NCBI GenBank assembly: GCA_964035575.1
Contig: OZ037847.1
Coordinates: forward strand, 1,488,001-1,552,000
Reading direction: 5' to 3'
DNA length: 64,000 nucleotides
Source of the DNA: Rhynchopus sp. YZ270_cl-10
Taxonomy: Eukaryota
Shown here piece after piece: positions 23,283-33,537 of this stretch; position 1 is the stretch's first letter, and each line of letters starts with the position of its first letter. The notes under the pieces were generated by a model. The model saw nothing but the letters and a program-made list of their open reading frames with translations, made no database searches and was not told the DNA's origin. Position numbers and translations under genes: made by a program.

Positions 23283-26200
23283 CTTTTCTTCCTATCAAGG
23301 TGAAATGAGCGCGAGAGATTGATCTCATAAACGTCTCATCGTGTGTTTTTTTTTTTTTTTTCATTATTTTGCAACATTTCTTGGGTATTTGAGCCGCTGT
23401 TCTGTGTAGTTCTGATTTTCTATATTTTTTTTTTGGGGGTGATTTTAAAATGTATCATAACTCCTCCTCACACTTAAAAGTGTACGTGGTTCTGATATGT
23501 TTGTATCCCTGTTTTAAAGTAAGATTGTGTCCTGGAGGCACATTGTACAGAAATGCGCTATGTATCCGACGTTTGTTAAAATAAAAAATATTTTTTTTTC
23601 TCTCTTTTTTTGAAACCCAAGCCAAGAATACGCTTTCAAGGTAGGCTTTGGTTCCTTGCCAACTTAGTTTGTTTAGTGCCCTGCGTCCTCCGTTGAACAG
23701 TGAGGCGTTTGCACTATCAACTTCTCTTTTTTTTGATGCATGTGTACAAGAAGGTTCTCATCAATTTAACCTTCTTTTGGGTAGCATATAAACCCCCTCT
23801 TGAAAACTATGATTTTTCTCTTTTTTTGTAGACTTCCTATTGCCTCACTCCAAGAGGTTCGATACCCTCCCACGGGGTTGTTGCAACTAGGGGAGTCAGG
23901 CTCCCTCCCAGAAGCGTTTTTTGCACTATCAACTTTACCCTATTATGTTTGGGAAGTTGTTGGATTAGTGTAACTGCCGTATAAAACAGTCTTCACTGCC
24001 AGTGTCACATTCGGGAATTTTTTTTTTATCTTTTTTATGCCCTGCGTTCCATAGAACCCCCCCTCTTTCTTTTGTTTTAAGGTGATAGGCTTAGGTTCGT
24101 CTAGCCTTTTCTCCTTCCCCCCTCCGCCCCCTCTTTTTTTGCGGAAAATACTTAATGTTGTGATTGAGGCACATTTTTTATTTCTTTCAAGTTTTTTCTT
24201 TTGATTTTCTTTTGTTTTTGGATACGAAATTGAGACTATTTTAGCGATATCCCTTTAGGGGGGGCGCTGTCTGTCTGTCTTTTCTTATTTTCTTCATATT
24301 TAATAGCAAATAGGAGAACACAGTGAAGGGGGAGTGTGTGTGTATGTGTTTTGTGTTGTGTACTGTAATGAGAAAGCAGTGCAATTTTTTTTTTTTAAAT
24401 CTTTATTTTTTTTGAGATAGAATTTTCTGCCCGCTGTTGCGGTACGACCCCCTCCCCTTCCTTGATGATTGATGTCCAAATTTAAGGTGACTTAGCAGAG
24501 GCTTAGGTGCATCTTATAATGTTTGCTTTCTTTTCTTTTCTTTTTGTGCAATACCCAGGTTTTTCAATGGCATAATAATTCCTGTTCGTACGGATGAAAC
24601 ATGGCGTAGAATTTACCAGGTGTTTTTCTTAAGATATGTGTGCTGTGAGGTACATTTAATCTCTCAACTTTTCTTTCACAAGGTGAAGCCCTGCTACGGC
24701 TTGGGGTCATCTTACCGACCTTTCTTTCTTGTATTTCTTTTTCTGTACTTCTCAAAAAACAAAAACAAAAAAAAAAAAAACACACAAGGGGGTGTTTCGT
24801 ACAAACCCTTGTCACCCATTAGGCATTGTAAACAACAACAACGCAATTCCACAAAAGGAATGCTCTTCCCACAGCCGTGGCCTTTCAAAAAAAAAAAGTG
24901 CGTGGAGTTCACACAGATGGTGTTTTCATACGTTGTCATTTTTTTTTTCTCAAAAAAGGGGAGTCCAAAGTCAGGGAGAGCCACTCAACAAGGCTCTACT
25001 GTCGCATAGATAGGGGGGTGTGTCTGTGTAATCCCCTCGAAATAATCAGGGAAACTGCCTCCCCACTGCTTTGAGTGGCGTGGAACCCCGCCACGTCGTA
25101 ACCTCGTAACAACAAGAAAAACGTGATCGGAGGCAGTACCATGCACTAAACCCGCCTACACTGTGGGTAATCATTTTAATAAAACAAGCGCTTTTCGCGC
25201 CCTTTCAGGCATTTATTTCTCTTTATTTTGCTCGTGTTTTTTCTAAGGGGGTGTCTCCCCCCAATGTGTAAAAAAAAAAACAGGTAACTGGGTAACTCCT
25301 ACGGAACATTAGTCATGACAAACAGTTTGTAAATCCTCTGTTGTTGTGTTTGAGGTTTTTTGCCACTCATGAGTGCATGATCTTAAAGCCTTGAACGGAG
25401 GTTCAACACCGTGTGTGTGTGTGTGTTTCCCCTTGTTTTTCTTCCCTTCAGTATTAGTTAGGCGTGCTTCACATTTCGTCGATTTCTCAAATAGCCCCCC
25501 CCTGTTTTGCCGACACGCCATCACGATACAGTACATTTATCATACCTTAACGATATGTTCCTTCTTCGCGAGCGTTGTCTGTCTTTCCCTTTCCCTTTCT
25601 TTTCTTTTTTTTTTTTTTGTCAGTGCTTGCGTCCCAGAAGCGTTTGCACTAACTTCACCCTTTTTTTTTTCTCTCTCTTTTCTTGTCAACCCTGTGAATA
25701 CCTGACGGACGTCCAGAGTAATCCACGAAAAGTATTTTCTCCCTCCTCCCCTTTTTATATTTACCGCCCGCAGTCCTGCTGAGGCATTTTTTTTTGTACC
25801 CCCATTTTTTAGAAACCCTTTTCACGAAAGATGTGTACACTGCGATGTGCATATCATGTTTTCCCCCCCCTTTTCCACGAAGAAGCGCCCCTCTGTGTTA
25901 TAAACGAGATACGGTTTTTTCCTCCCTCCAAAAAAAAAACTTGGATGGTGCTTTCGGAAATCGGTCAGCGACCTGTCAGCGACCTGTCAATGTCGACCCT
26001 CCCGGATCATCATTGGAGGATACTTTTTTGTTTAGAGATGGACTTAGGTTTATTCTTAAAAAGTTTTCCTTTTTTTAAATGAGGCATAACTTTGTTCTTT
26101 AGCAGGGATAAAGACATTTTGCCACTACCAGGGGTGCACCAGGCTAGCCTAGCCTTCGTCCCCCCCTTCTCCTTTCCCCCTTCTCCCCTCTCCCCCTCCC

Positions 26201-28627
26201 CCTTAAACAGCATTCACCTGCAAGGGGCGATTTTTTTAAAGGTGAGTGGGTGGGTCATCTTCTAGATTTTTTGGCACAATGCGCTTGCTTTCATGAGTTA
26301 GGACAAAAGGGATGATGGAAAAAAAAGTGGAGATTGCACAACTGTGGCAACACAACCTGAGGCAACTCCACTACAAATTATCAAAAAAAAGAAGATGAAA
26401 GGAGCGAGGGTTTTTTGGTTAAATCCGGGTTTTTTTCTATTGATAGTTGACTCTGTTGTGCAGCGCAACGAACGCTTTTGTTTTGTAGGTTCGTCGCTGG
26501 AAGGGGGCCTTCACCCGAGAAAACCCGAGACAGCGTTCAATAGAGGTGACCAGTTATTCACTCCTCAATTAAGGTCATGGGCGAACCTGCAAAACCCGGT
26601 GTAGGTTGGTCTTACCAAATATTCTGAAATTGCACGGATTTTCACATTCATTCAAATAACCCCAACCCAACAGGGCGTGGACCATTACACTTCATTGCCC
26701 TATTAAAAGATGTGTGTGATATCTCATTTTGTTATTTCTTCTCCAGTTTTTTTTTTAAAAAGATGCGTGTTGTGGGGCCCAAAACCAGGGGTGTATGGGA
26801 TTCAGCTCGGGATTTCGGGTTTGGGATTCACTTTTTTTTATCCCACTTTTGGTGCTGTACACTGCAGATGCAGGGAGGGGTTTTGGGGGATAATACAAAA
26901 AAAACGGATAACCGAGCTCGACGTCAGCGGGAGATGAAGTGACTCCCCACGATCCAAAAATACAACAAAAAAAGATTGACGAATAACCAATGTTCAAAAC
27001 ATTAAGTAATCTAATCAGACTCCCTGCTGATGCTGGGTTGATGAAAGTGAGGGGGAAATTGTGATGATGGTGCTACCCCACCCCCTCTGACAACTCCCCA
27101 AAGCCCAAAGTGGGGGGAAAAGTTGCTGTCCTAAATCTGGGATTCGGGAGCAATAGCCATACATTCCTGGCCCAAACCCTCCCCCCTTTTTTTCTTGTGC
27201 AAATCTCCGAGGGTTCGATTCCCAATGGGGGCTTCAGTGCCTGCGTATTTAGAGGTGGTTAACCCGATTAAGCAAAAACGATACCTTTTCATGTCAGAAT
27301 ATGCTGTGTTATGGGGGCTGTAACCCCCCCCTCTTGTGAGGTTCATTTTTTGTTCCAATTTGTTTCTTTCCCCCCCTTTTTTTTTTCCAGTGCCTGCGTC
27401 CCAGATGCGTTTGCACTATCAACTTCACTTTTTCTTTTGCATGCCCACTTTCTACTCAAGGTCTTTTCAAGCCGTTTGCAGCTCTTCCTTTGCCACAGCT
27501 TTCTTGCGCACACCTTGTGCTGTGGGCGTGCGGGTTCATGTCTGCACCCGTTGAGATTGATACCAAATTAAGCAAAACCCCTTTCAGTCTGCACCCGTTG
27601 AAGTGAGAAATGGGATGGAACACTGAATGGACCGCTGAGGTCCATTTGGTTTAATGTTATTATTTTTTTTTAAAAACACAACACATTTTTGTACCCAAAA
27701 GGGAGTATGTGTTATATCCTCTTCATACCTTTTTCTGATTTTTTCCCCTGAAAGTTTTGTGAAATTAAAGTTTTCTTTCTTTTTCCCACTGAAATCTGGC
27801 AGGATTGGCTGCACCGGAATTGATAGTGCACGCCATGTTTCCTGTTAATAACCAAACCAAACAGAAAAAACCCCCTAATTGAGGCATTTTTTTCGCACCC
27901 TTGGGTGCGTTTGCGTAGAAAATCGTGTTTCAACCCTATTCGGACAAACAGGTAGCTTTTTCCAGCTCCTTCACCTGAGCGCAGAGTGACGGAGTTGCCC
28001 AAAAGAAAGCCCCGACGTACCGGCGGTGGTCACCTTGCCGTTCCCTAAAACAACTTCTTTCAATAGTTTTATGTCACATAAAAATGTGCTCTCATTTTTC
28101 CCCCCATCTAGAAGAATGTTCGGGGTCGGAGAGAAATCGATTTAAAAAATGACAGATTGTGACGTTCCCCAACCCCCCTCAGCCTTTTGCTGAAGTAAGG
28201 GGATATCTCTTCATACAGATCACCGCTTTTTTTTTTGTTCATTCTATTATTCTCCGTACACTTCCACACACACACACACTTTCTCTGAATTCCATTTCTT
28301 TGGAATAATCACATCACTTCACATTTTGCTTCACTTTTTTTGCTTCGTAGAAAAAAAAACCCCCCGCCCACTCACATACATGTGGGTGGGCGGGTGAATT
28401 GAGAAGGGGCCTGAGTGGGAGACAGCACCCGTCGTTCAAAATGCATTTTTTTTTATTGGAGAACGAAAAAAAAAAAAAAAAGGCTACTACTTTTTCTACC
28501 CCCAACACCCATCCCCGCCCTGTTCAAAATTTGCTCCTTTCCCTTCAGACACTATTACACTACACAACCCGCCCTTACACCCCTCCCTCCTTCCCTCAAT
28601 AGAGAGGAAAACCAAAATAGAATAAAA

Positions 28628-29477
28628 ATGGGAAAAGGCAACGGACTCAGCGAGACGCCTCAGCACAGCCACCTGCTCTCCCTTGTGGTGGGGGTGGGTC
28701 TGGTGATCATGACCGCGTTGGGAATAAGAAGGTATTACACTGCCCACCTGATTTTTACCCTGCGTATAGGCGCGGAAAGGCGTGTACGGACGGTCCGTAT
28801 ATGCCTATACGGTCCTATACGCGGGGTAAAAATCAGGTGGACTGCCCATCACATCCCCCACCCCTACACAACCACCACCCTTCAGCTACCGCTCGCACCT
28901 TGCGACGGAGATGTATCTTGCAGGGTTGGATGAGATCCTTGAGATGCAGGATGAGATTTCGACACAGCTTGATATCATTGAACGCAACGCGTCTGACGCG
29001 CATGCAATTCTCAAGCAACTCAACGCTGGCGCCTTTGACGACGAAGACACCGACACTGCAGAACTCGAGCAGAAACTTCTGGCAAAACTCGACAAGCTCA
29101 AAGCCAACTTCGACAAGCAGGCAAAGGCTATCACCGACATCTCTAAGGGGTCCATCAAACGCTTCCGCAAACTCATTGAAGGCGACGACTCTAAAGACGA
29201 ACCACTGACAACCGTTGCCACGACTGGTGGAGGTGGCGGAGGAGGAGGAGACGAAAGCGGCCAGCAATGGGTCGTGAAGTGGCATAACAACGGTGTCAGC
29301 ACGTCCCCCCGCTTCCACTCCGAGGCCCAGGCCTACCGTTATTTCGTCAACGTCGGCGATTTCGCAAAGAAACTCCTTGGCTACGACGGACAACGCTGGG
29401 CCGTCATAAAAACATACGGCGGCAGGCAGTGGCTCACCCTCATGACAGACGATGGATCTTACCAATCAAGCGCATAA
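28628..29477 (+). CDS. Two-exon gene join(28628..28731,28886..29477): N-terminal TM anchor plus coiled-coil protein of unknown function
   Basis: ATG at 28628. Donor AG|GTATTA at 28732 and acceptor CTTCAG| at 28885 join the hydrophobic segment LLSLVVGVGLVIMTALGIR in frame (AG+C=Ser) to the GC-rich 28911-29477 ORF, which has a heptad-like helical region and a poly-Gly linker. Confidence 0.75.
28744..28840. mobile_element. Short YCACCTGA-ended MITE, copy 2, inside the predicted intron
   Basis: TIR CCACCTGATTTTTACCC / GGGTAAAAATCAGGTGG with direct repeat ACTGC on both sides. Confidence 0.85.
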
Positions 29478-29685
29478 TTTTTTTTAACCTTTGAGGGGAT
29501 TAGGGGAAGGGAAGGGAAGGGGGAAAATCCGCCGGGCTATTCTGTTTTTCTCTAATAGAAATACTTCTCTTTTTTGACCAAACCATTGCCCCTTTTTAAA
29601 ACTTTTCACGCAGGCCATCTTCTTCCTTGAGACTCATTTTACCCTTTTCAAAAAACCTCAAAAAAGTTCGAACCCAAACAATGTG

Positions 29686-31089
29686 ATGGAGTCAGTCTAT
29701 TTCCGCCCCGCACCACCGTGCACTTCTTCTTCTTCTCGGGGACGTTGTGCGCTTCCGTTTTCTTTTAGCGTTGCTCGACATAATGGGAGGGAGACTAGTC
29801 AGGACTTGGCGAAGTTCACTGAAGCAGTCTTCCGCACGCCACGGGTTTATGTAAGCCCTACACGACCACGGCAGCAGACAACCCGGAATAAGCATCACCA
29901 CTTCCCCTTATCCACCCCACACCTGACACCTGCAAAGGATGCGTGCCTCTTGCCTGCATGCCTGCCGCAGAAGAGGTGGAGACCAGGTTCGGTGCGACGT
30001 GCTTTGGATCGTCCTTGTGGTGTGCATCGTACGTTTGTGCTTTCTGAAGAGGAGAGTTTGCAGACAAATTTGGTGCGTCTCTTCGAGGGGTCAGATATGG
30101 ATGGGAATGTGAGCGTGCCAAATGGGGTGTCGCAGGCGAGGCAGAGCGACGCGTACCTTAGTCTCTTTGAGTTTCACAAACTCCGTACGGTTGAGGCAAC
30201 GCCGCTGCACAGAATGTCGCCGCTGTTGGTCAAGGCCACCTTTTTGGCAGTGTGCAACGCATCCGGGGTGGTCACCCTGCAGCAACTCCGCAGCGTGTTT
30301 GATGTGCTGGGGGTAGGCGTGGAGACGTCGCCCGGTGCTGCCGAGGTGATAAACGCCGTTCGGAGCACCGCCTCTTCCAACTGCGTGACCTACGCACAAT
30401 ACAAACGCCTTCTCAGCGCAGTGCTTTGTTGGGACCCGCTGGACACATTTGGACACCTTCTCGCGAAACTACGTTCTGCGCAGGTGAAAAGCGTTACCGT
30501 TGTTACCACCGGAGAAATGCAGGCCTTTTTACAATGCTGCCACGAGGCTGTCGAGAGTGCAGTACGACTGGCGGCATCACGCCCTGCACACATTGCACGA
30601 TCAAGAACCCTGCTGGCACGCATGGAAGCGATAGCTGCGTCTTTGGATTATGACCGTGTAGGGGTGGCTCCGTTTGCCTCGTTTCTGGACATGCTGAAAC
30701 AAGACAAAGAGCTGTGGTCAATTCTTCGCCCCCCAGGGGACCTCATGTCCCTTATCGACAGCGACGTCGACCTGGACCCCATCTGCAAGGAGTTCCTCAC
30801 CGCCAGCATCGCCTCGGCTACCGGCGCTATCCGCCCCTTCCATCCTGATCTCTCTGCGCCACGTACCCTACGTTGGCCGCCTCACTGGAAAATGAACCGC
30901 GGGGGAGGAGGAGGAGGAGGAGGAGGGGGGGTCAGCCCCCGAGAACCAACTGAAGGCGGTTCCCGCAAACGACACGGCAAGGTGGCGCACACATGGCTGC
31001 AACGTGCGTTAGAGGAAAAGGGTGCGGAAGGCGTCAAGCTTGGCCCCTACGGTGACCTGGCTGCATACGTTCTGTCTGAGCCGGAGTAA
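29686..31089 (+). CDS. Uncharacterised protein with weak EF-hand-like helical segments; possible in-frame intron from 29851
   Basis: 468-aa GC-rich ORF. DMDGNVSV and LDYDRVGVAPFASFL resemble degenerate EF-hand loops. GTAAGC at 29851, CTGAC at 29923 and AG at 29937 or 29970 would both keep the frame. Confidence 0.65.
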   Translation: MESVYFRPAPPCTSSSSRGRCALPFSFSVARHNGRETSQDLAKFTEAVFRTPRVYVSPTRPRQQTTRNKHHHFPLSTPHLTPAKDACLLPACLPQKRWRPGSVRRALDRPCGVHRTFVLSEEESLQTNLVRLFEGSDMDGNVSVPNGVSQARQSDAYLSLFEFHKLRTVEATPLHRMSPLLVKATFLAVCNASGVVTLQQLRSVFDVLGVGVETSPGAAEVINAVRSTASSNCVTYAQYKRLLSAVLCWDPLDTFGHLLAKLRSAQVKSVTVVTTGEMQAFLQCCHEAVESAVRLAASRPAHIARSRTLLARMEAIAASLDYDRVGVAPFASFLDMLKQDKELWSILRPPGDLMSLIDSDVDLDPICKEFLTASIASATGAIRPFHPDLSAPRTLRWPPHWKMNRGGGGGGGGGGVSPREPTEGGSRKRHGKVAHTWLQRALEEKGAEGVKLGPYGDLAAYVLSEPE

Positions 31090-31441
31090 CAGAAGGGAAG
31101 GTTATTCTAAAGGTCGCGTGTTGCCTTCTCTAAAGACAGCAAACACCGTTGGGGTAAAAACTAAGGCAGATTTTTGGGATTTCAAAACAGGGAAAATTTT
31201 TACCCCCACCCGATGTTTGTTTTTTGTTACTGTATTAGTCACCCCACCCTTCGTATACTACGTATGCTCGAAAGGCTCATATTTCGTGCCTTAACCTACA
31301 AAGCAAATGGATGACGACTTCATTCCGAACAACACTCTCTGCGACAAAGAGACTACCAAAAAAAAAAATTTTTTTTTTCAACCCCAGCCCAGCGTGTTCC
31401 CGCACGATAACGATTATGGTAAAGATGTGTGTTTGATGACC

Positions 31442-31480
31442 AATAGGGGTGGATTTCTTGCGCAGAATATGGCCTAATAA
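31442..31480 (+). repeat. Hairpin family E (second copy at about 13238-13275)
   Basis: AATAGGGGT..ATT(T)CTTGCGCAGAATATGGCC shared. Confidence 0.6.
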
Positions 31481-32245
31481 AGACGTGTGTATACGAGGCA
31501 TATTCCTCCAAGCATTCCTTCAAATGGATGCTTAGTACCACCCTATTTTTTTCGTAGAAAGGGTAAGGTTGTGCACCCTATCCCCCTCTTCTGAGGGGAG
31601 GGGGGTGTGAGAAACATTTCGTTGGTAGAGGGGGAGAGAGAAGGTACCTTGCGCTTAACAGCGGAAGGTGTTGTTTTTTGTCTGATGCTGTCTTCGCTAA
31701 TGTAAGTTGGGGGGTTTTTCTCTTTTTTTTCTCTCTATTTTGCAGTGGGTTCGTTTTGTCCCCGCAGCGTTTCAATAACCCCTCTTTTTTTTTTTTCAAC
31801 ATTGGTGACGAAGAGCTTTTGATGAGGATTATCTAACCCCCTTTATTCGCCTCCGTTCTCTTACGGTACGGACCACTCACGTCCTACCCTTTGCATGAGA
31901 TCGACTGAGATACGTTTTAGCACACGTTTCAACTACTTTTTCCACACTACACTATTTCAAGTCAACCTTTTTTTTTTGATGAATATGCTAAGTTGTTGGA
32001 GTGGGATCGATACCCCCAGTTCAAGTTTCCACTTTCCCTCCAGTGGGGCTTGCACAGGTAACGACCCTCTTTTCAATCAGCCTGCACCAATAGCTGCTAA
32101 CTACCTCTTTTATTAAAAAAACAGCGTTCCTCACTTTCCATTTATTATTATTCCTCTACTCCCAACACACCCTAACCATTGCAGGCAAAGGACTATACTT
32201 CGTACTTACTTTACTTTAAAACTTTCTCTCTCTTTTTTTGCGTTT

Positions 32246-32297
32246 CAACTTCTCTTTTTTTCTTCTCTTTTCTCTTCCCTCCCCCCTTTTCACAAAG
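32246..32297 (+). promoter_or_regulatory. Candidate splice/trans-splice acceptor for the SLBP gene
   Basis: TCAAC followed by a ~40-nt pyrimidine tract, then AG at 32296-32297, 1 nt before the ATG. Confidence 0.5.
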
Positions 32298-32298
32298 T

Positions 32299-33537
32299 AT
32301 GTCCTATTTCTCTGCCAACAGATCGAGCCCGTTTGATGGGTTGAACCTTCGCGATATTGTTGGGCTGGATGAGGAGTCTGATGAGCACACGGGGTTCCCT
32401 CCGGACTTGTTGGATGACTTCAAGTTTGACGACTTGAAGGTGGATGTTGATGCTTTTGACCCGAGCGAGGAGCAGCTTTCTGGGTCACCGTACGACAGCT
32501 CCGAGGACAAGAACACGCTGCCTGATACCGTTGCTTTGGGACGTCTGTCGCAGAGGCAGAAGCAGATCCGTATTGGGAAGGCCACGGAAGGGTACCAGAG
32601 GTACGTTGAGCTTGTGCCCGAGGCGATGAGGGGCAAGTCTGATCTGGACACCCCACCGACGTCGCCGTCCACGCTGCACTCATCGAAGCGTATGTGGGAC
32701 AAGCAGCTCCGCCGCTGGAGGAAGTTCCTGCACGAATTCGACACCCCAACCGAGAGCAGCCACACACAGTCCCCTACGCAGACCTCGGAGCAGAGCCCAG
32801 TGACCAGCCCCACAGCGTCGTCGTCCATGATGCAGATCCCCGCACAGCTCCAGCTCCAGCGGGTCACCCCACACATCCTCCCAGTAGGCATGCAGGCATC
32901 GTCGCACTCATCGCCCATCACCCTGCACCCGCAAGGCAACGTCTTCCCGCAGCAGGTGCCCGCCATGGCGAACCCGCTGCCGCTCAGTATGGCGCAGGTG
33001 CAGGCAGCGATGCCGCAGCAGGTCAGGCAGAATGTGTCTGTGATGTGCTACCCACAGCAGACGGTGCAGGCTCAGCAAGTGGCGCAGGTGCAGGCACAGC
33101 AACAGCAGCAGCAGCAACAACAACAGCAACAGCAACAGGCGGTGGCACAGCAGCAAGCCCAACAGCAAGCACAGCAGCAGGCACAACAGCAAGCTCAACA
33201 GCAGGCACAGCAAACAGCGCAACTGCAGCTCGCCGCTCAGCAGCAACAGGCCAGGCAGATCAACCAGCTCGGGCAAGTGGCGCAGGTGGGCCAAGTGGGC
33301 CAAGTAACCCAAGTCGGTCAAGTGCAAATGCTCCCCCAACAGATGGCCAACGTCGGCCAATGTAACTTCGTGCAGCAGAGCCAAAACAGCGGCATGATGC
33401 AGCCCATGAACGTGCAGTACGTCCCGGTGATCTGTTCCTCAGTGCCACAGCTCCCACCCTTCTGTGGAGGGATGACACAACAGCCAACACCGCAGGCGCT
33501 TGCAGAGGGCACCCGTGTCAGAGGCAGCATGCGGTAA
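32299..33537 (+). CDS. SLBP: Histone mRNA stem-loop binding protein (SLBP RNA-binding domain) with poly-Q low-complexity C-terminus
   Basis: LSQRQKQIRIGKATEGYQRYVELVP...TP...SKRMWDKQLRRWRKFLHEFD matches the SLBP RNA-binding domain pattern (RQKQI.GK.T..Y..Y; SKR.WD...WR..LH.D). ATG 32299 follows a polypyrimidine tract and AG. Confidence 0.85.
   Translation: MSYFSANRSSPFDGLNLRDIVGLDEESDEHTGFPPDLLDDFKFDDLKVDVDAFDPSEEQLSGSPYDSSEDKNTLPDTVALGRLSQRQKQIRIGKATEGYQRYVELVPEAMRGKSDLDTPPTSPSTLHSSKRMWDKQLRRWRKFLHEFDTPTESSHTQSPTQTSEQSPVTSPTASSSMMQIPAQLQLQRVTPHILPVGMQASSHSSPITLHPQGNVFPQQVPAMANPLPLSMAQVQAAMPQQVRQNVSVMCYPQQTVQAQQVAQVQAQQQQQQQQQQQQQQAVAQQQAQQQAQQQAQQQAQQQAQQTAQLQLAAQQQQARQINQLGQVAQVGQVGQVTQVGQVQMLPQQMANVGQCNFVQQSQNSGMMQPMNVQYVPVICSSVPQLPPFCGGMTQQPTPQALAEGTRVRGSMR

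Noticed and set aside
27038..27091. Box C/D snoRNA (TGATGA..TGATGA..CTGA)
   Set aside because: Short, with no recognisable rRNA antisense element; insufficient without a target search.
27209..27225. tRNA suggested by B-box-like GGTTCGATTCCC (also near 23855)
   Set aside because: No cloverleaf or properly spaced A box.
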